From Candidatus Latescibacterota bacterium (GTDB taxonomy: Bacteria; Latescibacterota; UBA2968), in NCBI GenBank assembly GCA_022821275.1, contig JAJEDY010000002.1:28561-92560 (forward strand): 64,000 nucleotides of DNA. Direction: 5' to 3'. Made by a program: the position numbers and the translations under genes. This document shows, one piece after another, positions 37,701-45,335 of the stretch (positions are counted from its first letter, which is position 1; each line of letters begins with the position of its first letter). The notes under the pieces were generated by a model, which had not been told where the DNA came from, searched no databases, and saw only the letters and a list, made by a program, of their open reading frames with translations.

Positions 37701-38057
37701 CAAATCTGCGCGAACCTGATCGAGCCTATCGCGCAAATGAATACCGACGAGATCCATATCCGCATCCATTGCAAATTCCAGGCGAATGGTCGAAGAAGAT
37801 TCATTGGATGTGGATCCCATATTTTCAATACCGGGCATGGTGCCCAATATCTCTTCAACTGGGCGCGTGATAAACCGTTCAATTTCCTCTGGGGACGAAG
37901 AGGGATACCGAATAGACACAAAAAGGACCGGAAACGTCACGCTGGGCAAATATTCGAGCGGCAACTTGAACAGGGAAATAAAACCCATCACCACGAGACT
38001 AAGTGCGATCATAATTGTGCTAATAGGCTTAAAAATGGCAAAGCGACTGAGCTTCAT
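34788..38057 (-). CDS. RND superfamily efflux permease (AcrB/HAE1-like, 12 TMS plus two large periplasmic loops)
   Basis: 1,089 aa. MKLSRFAIFKPISTIMIALSLVVMGFISLFKLPLEYLPSVTFP is the canonical AcrB N-terminus. No adjacent membrane-fusion or outer-membrane-factor gene. Confidence 0.85.
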   Translation of the reverse strand: MKLSRFAIFKPISTIMIALSLVVMGFISLFKLPLEYLPSVTFPVLFVSIRYPSSSPEEIERFITRPVEEILGTMPGIENMGSTSNESSSTIRLEFAMDADMDLVGIHLRDRLDQVRADLPDDVDYISIKSFDTEDIPALEYTVSWLGEDPEDLISVYNQRLLPRLQRLDGVASVELRGLQRKDLLVEVDQRALIAHKLDFRTINRALRRNNINISAGYVTDGDRRFAVRSVGEFETVDQIRNLPIRPNLALSDVASVTYDYPPARRFDRLDGIPSLYLSVHKSSTANMVDVCKRAREELVRINEEVGKDNLRMLLVRDQSTDVIASITSLSQSAIMGGLLAVIAIFIFLRNFRSTLIIGSAIPISALTVFLMMYFLRQSGTDITLNLISMMGLMVAIGMLVDPAVVALENIFRKCFDEGQSATQAALEGSEEIGLPVLAATLTTVCVFVPVIFVTDSGTSLFMRQFSLTVVVSVIASFCVALSLIPLAASRAFNKGGQTLDRVLKSIFVLAASVGVGAYIYYTDFSKIDYASLWDAIASTIAGLPLFAKIGFPAAMALTIFLYFRYRGIGARAFYARVVANTLHYRWATLSVACVLLFLGNHIYGKIEQAPFRYQPTRAIRLTVEMPRTYDLEQASNTFKIAEDMLIPMKEELDIEAIATKFNTGNRQGKRNALLTIYLTSAEESKLTTDEVQHRIIALLPKDIPGVRFRPRGGKSGGTAGVGVELKGRKQEILEVLAEDIEMSMQGMPGVHEIETSLETGMEEIRVVVNRERAQRYGISPRDIATNIASALGSRGASHFKTPEGEIDITVQLREEDRATLEQIKTTEFESDKGGMVTFSSLADFNLIQGPNAISREDRMPTLTVFANTEQKAVFSVGQIMKARMEDVPLPEGYTYQMDRRFKSMNAEQDRDFETMIFALILIYIIMASLFESYVHPLTIMFCIFFAFIGVALGLYTFKIAMDSNAKYGLLVLFGIVVNNGIVLVDHINRYRKQGLVRRDAIIRGGQDRLRPIMMTATTTIIGLMPLVIPMLFGHAEGTARRWGPIGLVVVSGLSISTILTLVLLPTMYSLMDDLSQFTKRVVAVARAR

Positions 38058-38079
38058 GGCTTATTTTTCATTTAAGCGA

Positions 38080-39231
38080 TCAGGGCCACAGCGCATCGGT
38101 GGCCAGCAGGTTGGAAAACTGTGAAAAAGGAAGAATCTCAATACCATCTGCAGTTTGCAATTCAGGCCCTTCGGGATAGACGACAATGCGTCTGCACAAA
38201 CCCTTCAGGTCGGACAGCGCTCTCAATCCCTTGCACCATGCTTCTGAAAATGTGCCACCGGACTTGACCTCAATCGCGACAAATTCTCCCGCGCGTTTAA
38301 GCAGGAAATCGACTTCTGTTTGAGTCTGTGCAGCTGTTGCCCAGTAGAAGTATTCGTCACACAAATTGCGATAGTCTTTGTAGGATCGAATCAACTGTGC
38401 AATCAGCCCTTCGAACAGGGCACCGCGTTCCTCCGGTGTTGGGGGCGTCGTAACCCTTTTCATAGCACGCACAATACCGGGATCACACCAGTACCATTTG
38501 GGCAATTTGCGTTCGCGCACGCGCAATCTGGTTTCATAAGCCGGAAGTTGAAAGCAGAGAAGCGTTTCCTCCAGGATATCCAGATAACCCGTCACAGTCG
38601 TGCGTGCAACCTGAGCTTCTCTCGCAATATTGGCCACATTCAGGGTTTGCCCGTGAAAAAGCGCTGCAATCGGCAGAAAACGCGCGAATCCCGGAAGGTT
38701 GCGCACCAGAGCCTCAGCTTGAATCTCTTCTTTTAGATACATCTGTGTATAGGCAGTCAGCGTCTCTGCTCTATCCTCTGAATCCCATACAATGGGTAAC
38801 AAACCGTGTTGCAAAGCATCGTTGAATGCGAATCGCTCTCCCAATTCCTCGGGAATAAAGGGGTGCATTGCGCGATACAGGGCGCGACCGGCAAGCAGAT
38901 TGACACCTGCCCGTTTGAGCTTTCTCGCACTCGATCCGCATAACACAAAACGCAGACCCTTTTCCTCAATAAAACGGTGTACTTCATTGAGCAACGCAGG
39001 CAATCTCTGTATTTCGTCTAAAACCACCCAGCGGTCGCCGGGCACAGCCCGAAGTTCTGCAGATAGGAGGCCCGGATTTGCAAGCAGACGCTGGTAAATA
39101 TCTTCGGCGAGCAAATTGATGACGTAAGCATTGGGAAAAGCGATTTGCAAATACGTGCTTTTTCCAACGCCACGCGGACCCAAAAGAAAAAAGCTTTTTT
39201 TAGGTGCCTCAAAAATACGTGGAATTGTCAT
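38080..39231 (-). CDS. AAA+ ATPase with C-terminal DUF4143-type domain
   Basis: LLGPRGVGKST Walker A, VVLDEIQ Walker B, and the typical ~380-aa AAA_14/DUF4143 architecture. Confidence 0.7.
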   Translation of the reverse strand: MTIPRIFEAPKKSFFLLGPRGVGKSTYLQIAFPNAYVINLLAEDIYQRLLANPGLLSAELRAVPGDRWVVLDEIQRLPALLNEVHRFIEEKGLRFVLCGSSARKLKRAGVNLLAGRALYRAMHPFIPEELGERFAFNDALQHGLLPIVWDSEDRAETLTAYTQMYLKEEIQAEALVRNLPGFARFLPIAALFHGQTLNVANIAREAQVARTTVTGYLDILEETLLCFQLPAYETRLRVRERKLPKWYWCDPGIVRAMKRVTTPPTPEERGALFEGLIAQLIRSYKDYRNLCDEYFYWATAAQTQTEVDFLLKRAGEFVAIEVKSGGTFSEAWCKGLRALSDLKGLCRRIVVYPEGPELQTADGIEILPFSQFSNLLATDALWP

Positions 39232-39393
39232 TTGACTATCTCGTCGTCATTTTTCACAACAATTTGACGACAATATATACATTTTTCACAGCATGTCAAG
39301 ATTTGCGCTTTCAACTCATCATTGATTTTCGACGCACAATTGCGTATCCTGAAATGCTCACAAATGCAAACGACACTAGAGAAAGGAAAGAAA

Positions 39394-40230
39394 ATGAAGC
39401 TCACGTACATCATGTTCACGAAGCACCTCGAAGGCCTGGACATTCCCGAAATCATCGAAGCTCTCCAATCGGTAGGTGTGCAGGGCGCAGATTTGTGTGT
39501 GCGAGAGGGATATCCTGTAAACCCGGACAATATCGACAAAGCACTACCCGAAGCCGCCAAACAGTTTGAAGCCGCGGGCCTGTGTATTCCACTCGTAACA
39601 GCTCCCGGTGATTTTAATCGCCCGGATATGGATTACACCGAGCGTTATTACGGCGCACTGGGCGAAGCCGGCGTGGCGCATGTGAAACTGGGCTACTGGC
39701 ACTGGTCGGATGCGAAATACTATTGGGATCAGTTGGATGAAATCCGGGGCTGGATGGAAGGCTTTGAGAAATTGTCGGAAAAACACGGCGTAAAAACCGT
39801 GGTACACAACCATTCGGGCAAATCGATGGGATTAAATTCATGTGCCGTCATGAACGTGGTCAAGGGATTCAACCCCGAACACATCGGCGTATTTTCCGAC
39901 CCGGGACACCTGTCGATATGTGGCGAACCCATAGAAATGGCGCTGGATATCGTGCGCGAGTACCTCTCCGTCCTGGCATTCAAAGACTTAATCCGCCAGC
40001 GACCTCTGGGACGAACCGTACAGGGGACGCCCACGGGCGGAACAATGCGACTGGGACAGGGATTTGGCGATTGGCCCGCAGTCGTAAAAACACTGGATCG
40101 ATTGAACTTTGAAGGACCCGTGAGTTTCCACAGCGAATACAGCGGCGAACCAATAGAAACCGTAATTGACCTGGCGAGGATCGACGTGCGTTTCTTCAAC
40201 GCAATGCGGGCAGAACACGAAAGCGCGTAA
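39394..40230 (+). CDS. Sugar phosphate isomerase/epimerase (xylose isomerase-like TIM barrel)
   Basis: GAAAGGAAAG precedes ATG 39394 (MKLTYIMF...). VHNHSG, DPGH and FHSEYSGEP ligand pattern. Its stop is 3 nt before the next sulfatase start. Confidence 0.7.
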   Translation: MKLTYIMFTKHLEGLDIPEIIEALQSVGVQGADLCVREGYPVNPDNIDKALPEAAKQFEAAGLCIPLVTAPGDFNRPDMDYTERYYGALGEAGVAHVKLGYWHWSDAKYYWDQLDEIRGWMEGFEKLSEKHGVKTVVHNHSGKSMGLNSCAVMNVVKGFNPEHIGVFSDPGHLSICGEPIEMALDIVREYLSVLAFKDLIRQRPLGRTVQGTPTGGTMRLGQGFGDWPAVVKTLDRLNFEGPVSFHSEYSGEPIETVIDLARIDVRFFNAMRAEHESA

Positions 40231-40233
40231 TCT

Positions 40234-41655
40234 ATGCCCAACCTGCTCTACATCTTCGCCGATCAACTCCGCCCGCAATCCTGTGGCTATATGGGCGACA
40301 ACCGCGCCCACACCCCCAATATCGACCGCCTATCATCTGAAGGCATCAGCTTTGTCAATGCCACCTCGGTCTATCCCGTGTGCAGCCCGCATCGCGCATC
40401 CCTCTTTACGGGCTGTTATCCCACCACCAATGGCTACGTGATGAACGAATTGAGCGCCCGCACCGATTTGCCAACGCTTGCCGGCACATTGACGCGGAAC
40501 GGCATAAATTGTGCCTACATCGGCAAATGGCACATTTACGCAACCGAAGGCAAAGTTTATAAACAGGCCGGCGATTTTCACAAGAATCCCGCCAATCAAT
40601 TCGTGCCCCCAGGCCCGCACCGATTGGGATTTGACCACTATTGGGCAGCCTACAACTTCAACCACAGCTATTACAAGGGATTTTATTACGAAGACAAATT
40701 TGAACGCATCGACATTCCTGCTTATGAACCCGATGCCATGACCGACCTCGCCATCTCCTATCTCGAAAACGCATCCGAAAATCCAAATCCCTTCGCACTC
40801 TTCGTCTCTTATGGCACACCTCATCAGCCCTGGAACTGGGACAATGTCCCCGAAGAATGGGGTATGCACTTCAAAGACATGGCCTTTGATCTGCCGCCAA
40901 ATTACCGGGACGGATCGGGAGAATACTGGCACGCATGGTTCGACCGCGATTGGTGGATGAAATCCGTCAAACCCAACCTCGTTGAATGGCAGCAAATCTA
41001 TGCCGCTATGACGGCCAACCTCGACTGGAACGTGGGCCGAATTTTAGACGCGATAGACAGATTCAACCTCGCGCACGACACGCTCGTCGTCTTCACATCA
41101 GACCACGGCGAAATGTTTGGCGCACACGGTCGCGTTCAGAAAAATATCTACTATGAAGAAGCCGCGCGCGTCCCCTTTCTCATGCGCTGGCCCAATCGCA
41201 TCGCACCCAACTCTGAAAGCGATGCCTGCCTCAACACGCCCGATATCATGCCCACGCTACTCTCACTTATAGACGTCGATATCCCCGATGGTATCGATGG
41301 ATTTGACCTTTCGCATTGCGTATTTGGTCAGCGTGGAGACGAACCCGAAGCCGCATTCTTACAGGGCATGGGTCCCAGTGTCGATTGGGACGATGGCTTT
41401 GAATGGCGCGCTTTGCGCGACAAACAATATACCTACGCCATTGAAAACCAGGGAGAATCCCTCTACAATCACTGCGAAGACCCTCTGCAATTGCACAATC
41501 TCGCCAGCAACCCCGACCACGCCAGAACAATCCAGCATTACCGCGACCAGATCCGGGCGCGCATGGACGCATTAAACGACACCTTTGAACCCATTACCTT
41601 TTACCGCGATCACTGGATCGAAAATGGCCGCGTTATCAGAGGCGCGCGCGATTGA
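40234..41655 (+). CDS. Formylglycine-dependent sulfatase, no signal peptide
   Basis: MPNLLYIFADQLR...SVYPVCSPHRASLFTGCYP (C-x-P-x-R). Confidence 0.85.
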   Translation: MPNLLYIFADQLRPQSCGYMGDNRAHTPNIDRLSSEGISFVNATSVYPVCSPHRASLFTGCYPTTNGYVMNELSARTDLPTLAGTLTRNGINCAYIGKWHIYATEGKVYKQAGDFHKNPANQFVPPGPHRLGFDHYWAAYNFNHSYYKGFYYEDKFERIDIPAYEPDAMTDLAISYLENASENPNPFALFVSYGTPHQPWNWDNVPEEWGMHFKDMAFDLPPNYRDGSGEYWHAWFDRDWWMKSVKPNLVEWQQIYAAMTANLDWNVGRILDAIDRFNLAHDTLVVFTSDHGEMFGAHGRVQKNIYYEEAARVPFLMRWPNRIAPNSESDACLNTPDIMPTLLSLIDVDIPDGIDGFDLSHCVFGQRGDEPEAAFLQGMGPSVDWDDGFEWRALRDKQYTYAIENQGESLYNHCEDPLQLHNLASNPDHARTIQHYRDQIRARMDALNDTFEPITFYRDHWIENGRVIRGARD

Positions 41656-41667
41656 GGAGATCACCCA

Positions 41668-43098
41668 TTGACATCAAAACGTCCCAACATTCTCTGGATC
41701 TGCACAGATCAACAACGCTACGACACCATCCATGCCCTCGGCAATGAACACATCCAGACACCCAACCTCGACCGCCTCTGCGCCGAAGGCGTCGCATTCA
41801 CACATGCCCACTGCCAGAGCGCGATATGCACGCCCAGTCGTTCCAGCTTTCTCACCGGGCTTTATCCCAGCACCGTACACGGCAACCGCAATGGCAATGC
41901 CTATTTCCCGGCAAATGAACGCGTACAACTCATCACCAAACGCCTCGCAGATGTCGGATACGATTGCGGTTTATCGGGCAAACTCCACCTCGCCTCTGCC
42001 TGGAACGGTGAAGAACAACGCGTTGACGATGGATATCGCAAATTCTGGTATAGCCACTCACACAATCAGGGCATCGGTATTGGCAACCAGTACACCGACT
42101 GGGTCACCGAACAGGGCATAGACCTCGGCGACGTCTTCCAAAGAAAAAAAGACGGCACATACGGCAACTATCGCCCCGACATGAATCCCCAACACCACCA
42201 GACCACCTGGTGTGCGGACCGCGCCATTGAATTTATCGAATCCCCCCACGACGGCCCCTATCTCATGAGCGTCAACCCCTTTGACCCGCACGGACCTTTT
42301 GACGCCCCCGACACGCACAAATACAATCCCGCCAGTCTGCCGCCGCCGCTTTTTTGCGAAAACGACCTGCAAACACAAACGCGACTCAAACGCTTTTTTG
42401 CTGACAAAGAAGGCAACCCTCCCGGGGACCGCGAACAGCACAACAAAGCGTCATACTACGGCATGATCGCCCTTATCGACGAAAACGTCGGCCGCATGCT
42501 CGATGCACTTGAGCGCACGGGCCAACGCGAAAACACCGTCGTCATCTTCACGAGTGACCACGGCGAAATGCTCGGCGATCACGGCCTCACCGGCAAAGGT
42601 TGTCGCTTCTACGAAGCCCTCGTGCGGGTTCCCCTCATCATCTCGTGGCCCGGCACCTTTCTCCAAGGACACCGCGCAGATGGCCTCACCGCGCTCTTAG
42701 ACATTGCGCCCACTCTCGCCGACCTCGCTGGCATCCCTCTCGAATGGACACACGGCAAATCCCTCATCCCAATACTCACGGGCGAACATCCCGGGCACGC
42801 GCACCACGAATTTGTGCGCTGTGAATACTACGATGTCGTCGATAAATTTGCCCCACACGCCTCCGAAAAACACAAACCCTGTTGGGCGACCATGTTGCGC
42901 AACGACCGCTACAAACTCGTCGTTTACCACGATGCCGACTATGGCGAACTCTACGACCTGCGAGAAGACCCCGATGAATTTCACAACCTCTGGGAAGACC
43001 CATCTCACACAGATCTGAAATACCAGCTCACAAAACAAAATTTCGACCACACCATTATATGCGCCGACCCCGGTCCCCAGCGCATCGGAAGGTATTAA
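41668..43098 (+). CDS. Formylglycine-dependent sulfatase, no signal peptide
   Basis: (TTG)TSKRPNILWICTDQQR...SAICTPSRSSFLTGLYP. GAGGAG RBS. Confidence 0.85.
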   Translation: MTSKRPNILWICTDQQRYDTIHALGNEHIQTPNLDRLCAEGVAFTHAHCQSAICTPSRSSFLTGLYPSTVHGNRNGNAYFPANERVQLITKRLADVGYDCGLSGKLHLASAWNGEEQRVDDGYRKFWYSHSHNQGIGIGNQYTDWVTEQGIDLGDVFQRKKDGTYGNYRPDMNPQHHQTTWCADRAIEFIESPHDGPYLMSVNPFDPHGPFDAPDTHKYNPASLPPPLFCENDLQTQTRLKRFFADKEGNPPGDREQHNKASYYGMIALIDENVGRMLDALERTGQRENTVVIFTSDHGEMLGDHGLTGKGCRFYEALVRVPLIISWPGTFLQGHRADGLTALLDIAPTLADLAGIPLEWTHGKSLIPILTGEHPGHAHHEFVRCEYYDVVDKFAPHASEKHKPCWATMLRNDRYKLVVYHDADYGELYDLREDPDEFHNLWEDPSHTDLKYQLTKQNFDHTIICADPGPQRIGRY

Positions 43099-43129
43099 CA
43101 CGAGCCAGCGTTTCAATGGAGAGCGCAAC

Positions 43130-43897
43130 ATGAAATTCAAAACACCGTTAGACGTCAGACTCGCTTGCAGAGCCAACGAACTCGAAGGCTTCGCCTCCCG
43201 CGCCCTGCCCGGCTACCTGTGTGTCAACGTCGCCTTTCTGGACACAGACTACGCCGACGATTTCGAGGCATTCTGTCGCGCCAACCCGAAACCCTGCCCG
43301 CTGATCGCTAAAATGGAACCCGGCCAAACGGACTGCCCCAAGTATGCACGCGCCCTCGACATCCGAACCGACCTGGGTTCATACGACATCGTACGCGATG
43401 GCGAAGTCACCGAACAGCGACAGGACATCGTAGATCTGTTCGACGACCGAACCGTTACCTTTCTGATCGGATCGAGCGTCTCCTTTGACGGCCTCCTGAC
43501 CGAGAAAGGCTACCCCGCCGCATTCGGACCGACCATCCAACTCACGTCGCTCCCGTGCGAAACAGTCGGACCCTTCTCGGGCAACATGGCCGTCACCATC
43601 CGCTCATTCGATTCGGCCATGATCGACGATGTATGGGAGTTCACCAGCCACTTCCCCGGATGTCACGGCGCCCCAATCGGAAAAAACAATGCGGATGAAC
43701 TTGGCATCGAAGAACTGAACGTCAACATGGACGGTCACACGTTTGAAGTACCCGAAGGAACGGACCGCTTGTATTGGGCTTGCGGCATCACACCCCGCAT
43801 TGTCGCCGAGCAGGCCAGGCTCCCGTTCATGATATCCTACACCCCTGGCCACGCAATGATCACCGACATTCCGACAGAGAGCCTGTACCAGGCCTGA
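43130..43897 (+). CDS. DUF1445/putative hydro-lyase (D-glutamate cyclase-like) family protein, tentative
   Basis: YLCVNVAFLDTDYADDFEAFCRANPKPCPLIAKMEPGQ resembles the family block (ANLVILP...A.DFL.FCQRNPKPCPLL). Size ~255 aa fits. Confidence 0.5.
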   Translation: MKFKTPLDVRLACRANELEGFASRALPGYLCVNVAFLDTDYADDFEAFCRANPKPCPLIAKMEPGQTDCPKYARALDIRTDLGSYDIVRDGEVTEQRQDIVDLFDDRTVTFLIGSSVSFDGLLTEKGYPAAFGPTIQLTSLPCETVGPFSGNMAVTIRSFDSAMIDDVWEFTSHFPGCHGAPIGKNNADELGIEELNVNMDGHTFEVPEGTDRLYWACGITPRIVAEQARLPFMISYTPGHAMITDIPTESLYQA

Positions 43898-43956
43898 CCT
43901 GGATCTCGAAACACCCAGTTCATACCCCGGTCCCAAACGCATAGGAAGATATTAGC

Positions 43957-45333
43957 ATGAACCAGCGACCCAACATCTTGCTCATCATGAGCGACGAACA
44001 CGATCCCGCAGTCACCGGCTGTTACGGTCACCCCCATATCGAAACGCCACACCTGGATCGCCTCGCATCCGAAGGCACCACCTTTGACAACGCCTATACT
44101 GCCTGCCCGATATGCGTACCGGCGCGCATGTCCTTTATGACCGGACAATACGTCCACCAGATCGGCACCTATGACAACGGCTCGCCTCTCGCGGGAACAA
44201 TCCCCACAATGGGCAGCTATCTCGAAGCCGCTGGCTACGAAACCGCAGTCTGTGGTCGCACCCACTTCATAGGACCCGAACGCCTGCACGGCTTTGGCGT
44301 GCGACTCATGGACGACGCCGAAAAATGGAAACACTGGAGTATGAGTGCCCCCTCGCGCACACCCGACAACCGGCGTGGGAGCAACAGCCACGTCACCGAA
44401 TGCGGTCCCGGCGAAAACTGGCAAATCGACTACGACAGCACAGCCACCGACCTCTCCGAACGCTTCCTCAAATCCCGCGCGCAATACCCCGACCGTCCCT
44501 TCTTCCTCTACACCGGCTTCATGAACCCCCACTTCCCACTTCTGTGTCCGCGGGAATACTTCGACCGCTACTATCCCGACCGCGTCGCCCTGCCACACAC
44601 GAGAACCGAACCCTGTGACACCCAACACCCCTCTATACAGCAACTCCGATACTGGCTGCGCAATGAAGAGCCCCTGAGCGACGACATCTCCACCACTGCA
44701 ACCGCTGCTTACTACGGCCTCATCTCTTTCACGGACGACCTCATTGGTCGCCTGCTCGACATTATCGATAACTCACCCCTGCGCGACAACACCGTCGTCA
44801 TCTACGTCAGCGACCACGGCGAAATGGGTGGACACCACGGCATATGGCAAAAACAATGTTTCTACGAGCACTCCGTGCGCGTCCCCATGATCATTCGCCA
44901 TCCAAACGCCGAGGGCAACCAGCGCATCGCCGCAGGAGCCAACCTCATCGACATCCTCCCCACCCTTCTCGACCTCGCCGAACAGGACCCCGCGCCACTA
45001 CCCGGCAGCAGCCTCCGCCCCGCCATCCTCGGTCATCCCTTCCCCGACCGCCCCATCTTCAGCGAATACCATGCCCTCGGTGCTCTAACTGGCGGCTTCA
45101 TGATTAAAAAAGGCGACTGGAAATACATCCACTACGTCGGCCTTCCCGACCAATTATTCAACGTCGCCAACGACCCCGATGAAATTGAGGACCGCGCCGA
45201 CGATCCCACCTGTGCCGACATCCTCTCCGATCTGCGCGCCGACCTCCACAACATCGTCAACCCCGAAGAAATTGATCAACGCGCCAAAGCAAATCAAAAA
45301 ATCAAAGGCATTAACAGAGCGGCCAGGGGTTAG
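43957..45333 (+). CDS. Formylglycine-dependent sulfatase, no signal peptide
   Basis: MNQRPNILLIMSDEHD...ACPICVPARMSFMTGQY (C-V-P-A-R). Confidence 0.8.
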   Translation: MNQRPNILLIMSDEHDPAVTGCYGHPHIETPHLDRLASEGTTFDNAYTACPICVPARMSFMTGQYVHQIGTYDNGSPLAGTIPTMGSYLEAAGYETAVCGRTHFIGPERLHGFGVRLMDDAEKWKHWSMSAPSRTPDNRRGSNSHVTECGPGENWQIDYDSTATDLSERFLKSRAQYPDRPFFLYTGFMNPHFPLLCPREYFDRYYPDRVALPHTRTEPCDTQHPSIQQLRYWLRNEEPLSDDISTTATAAYYGLISFTDDLIGRLLDIIDNSPLRDNTVVIYVSDHGEMGGHHGIWQKQCFYEHSVRVPMIIRHPNAEGNQRIAAGANLIDILPTLLDLAEQDPAPLPGSSLRPAILGHPFPDRPIFSEYHALGALTGGFMIKKGDWKYIHYVGLPDQLFNVANDPDEIEDRADDPTCADILSDLRADLHNIVNPEEIDQRAKANQKIKGINRAARG

Positions 45334-45335
45334 AA

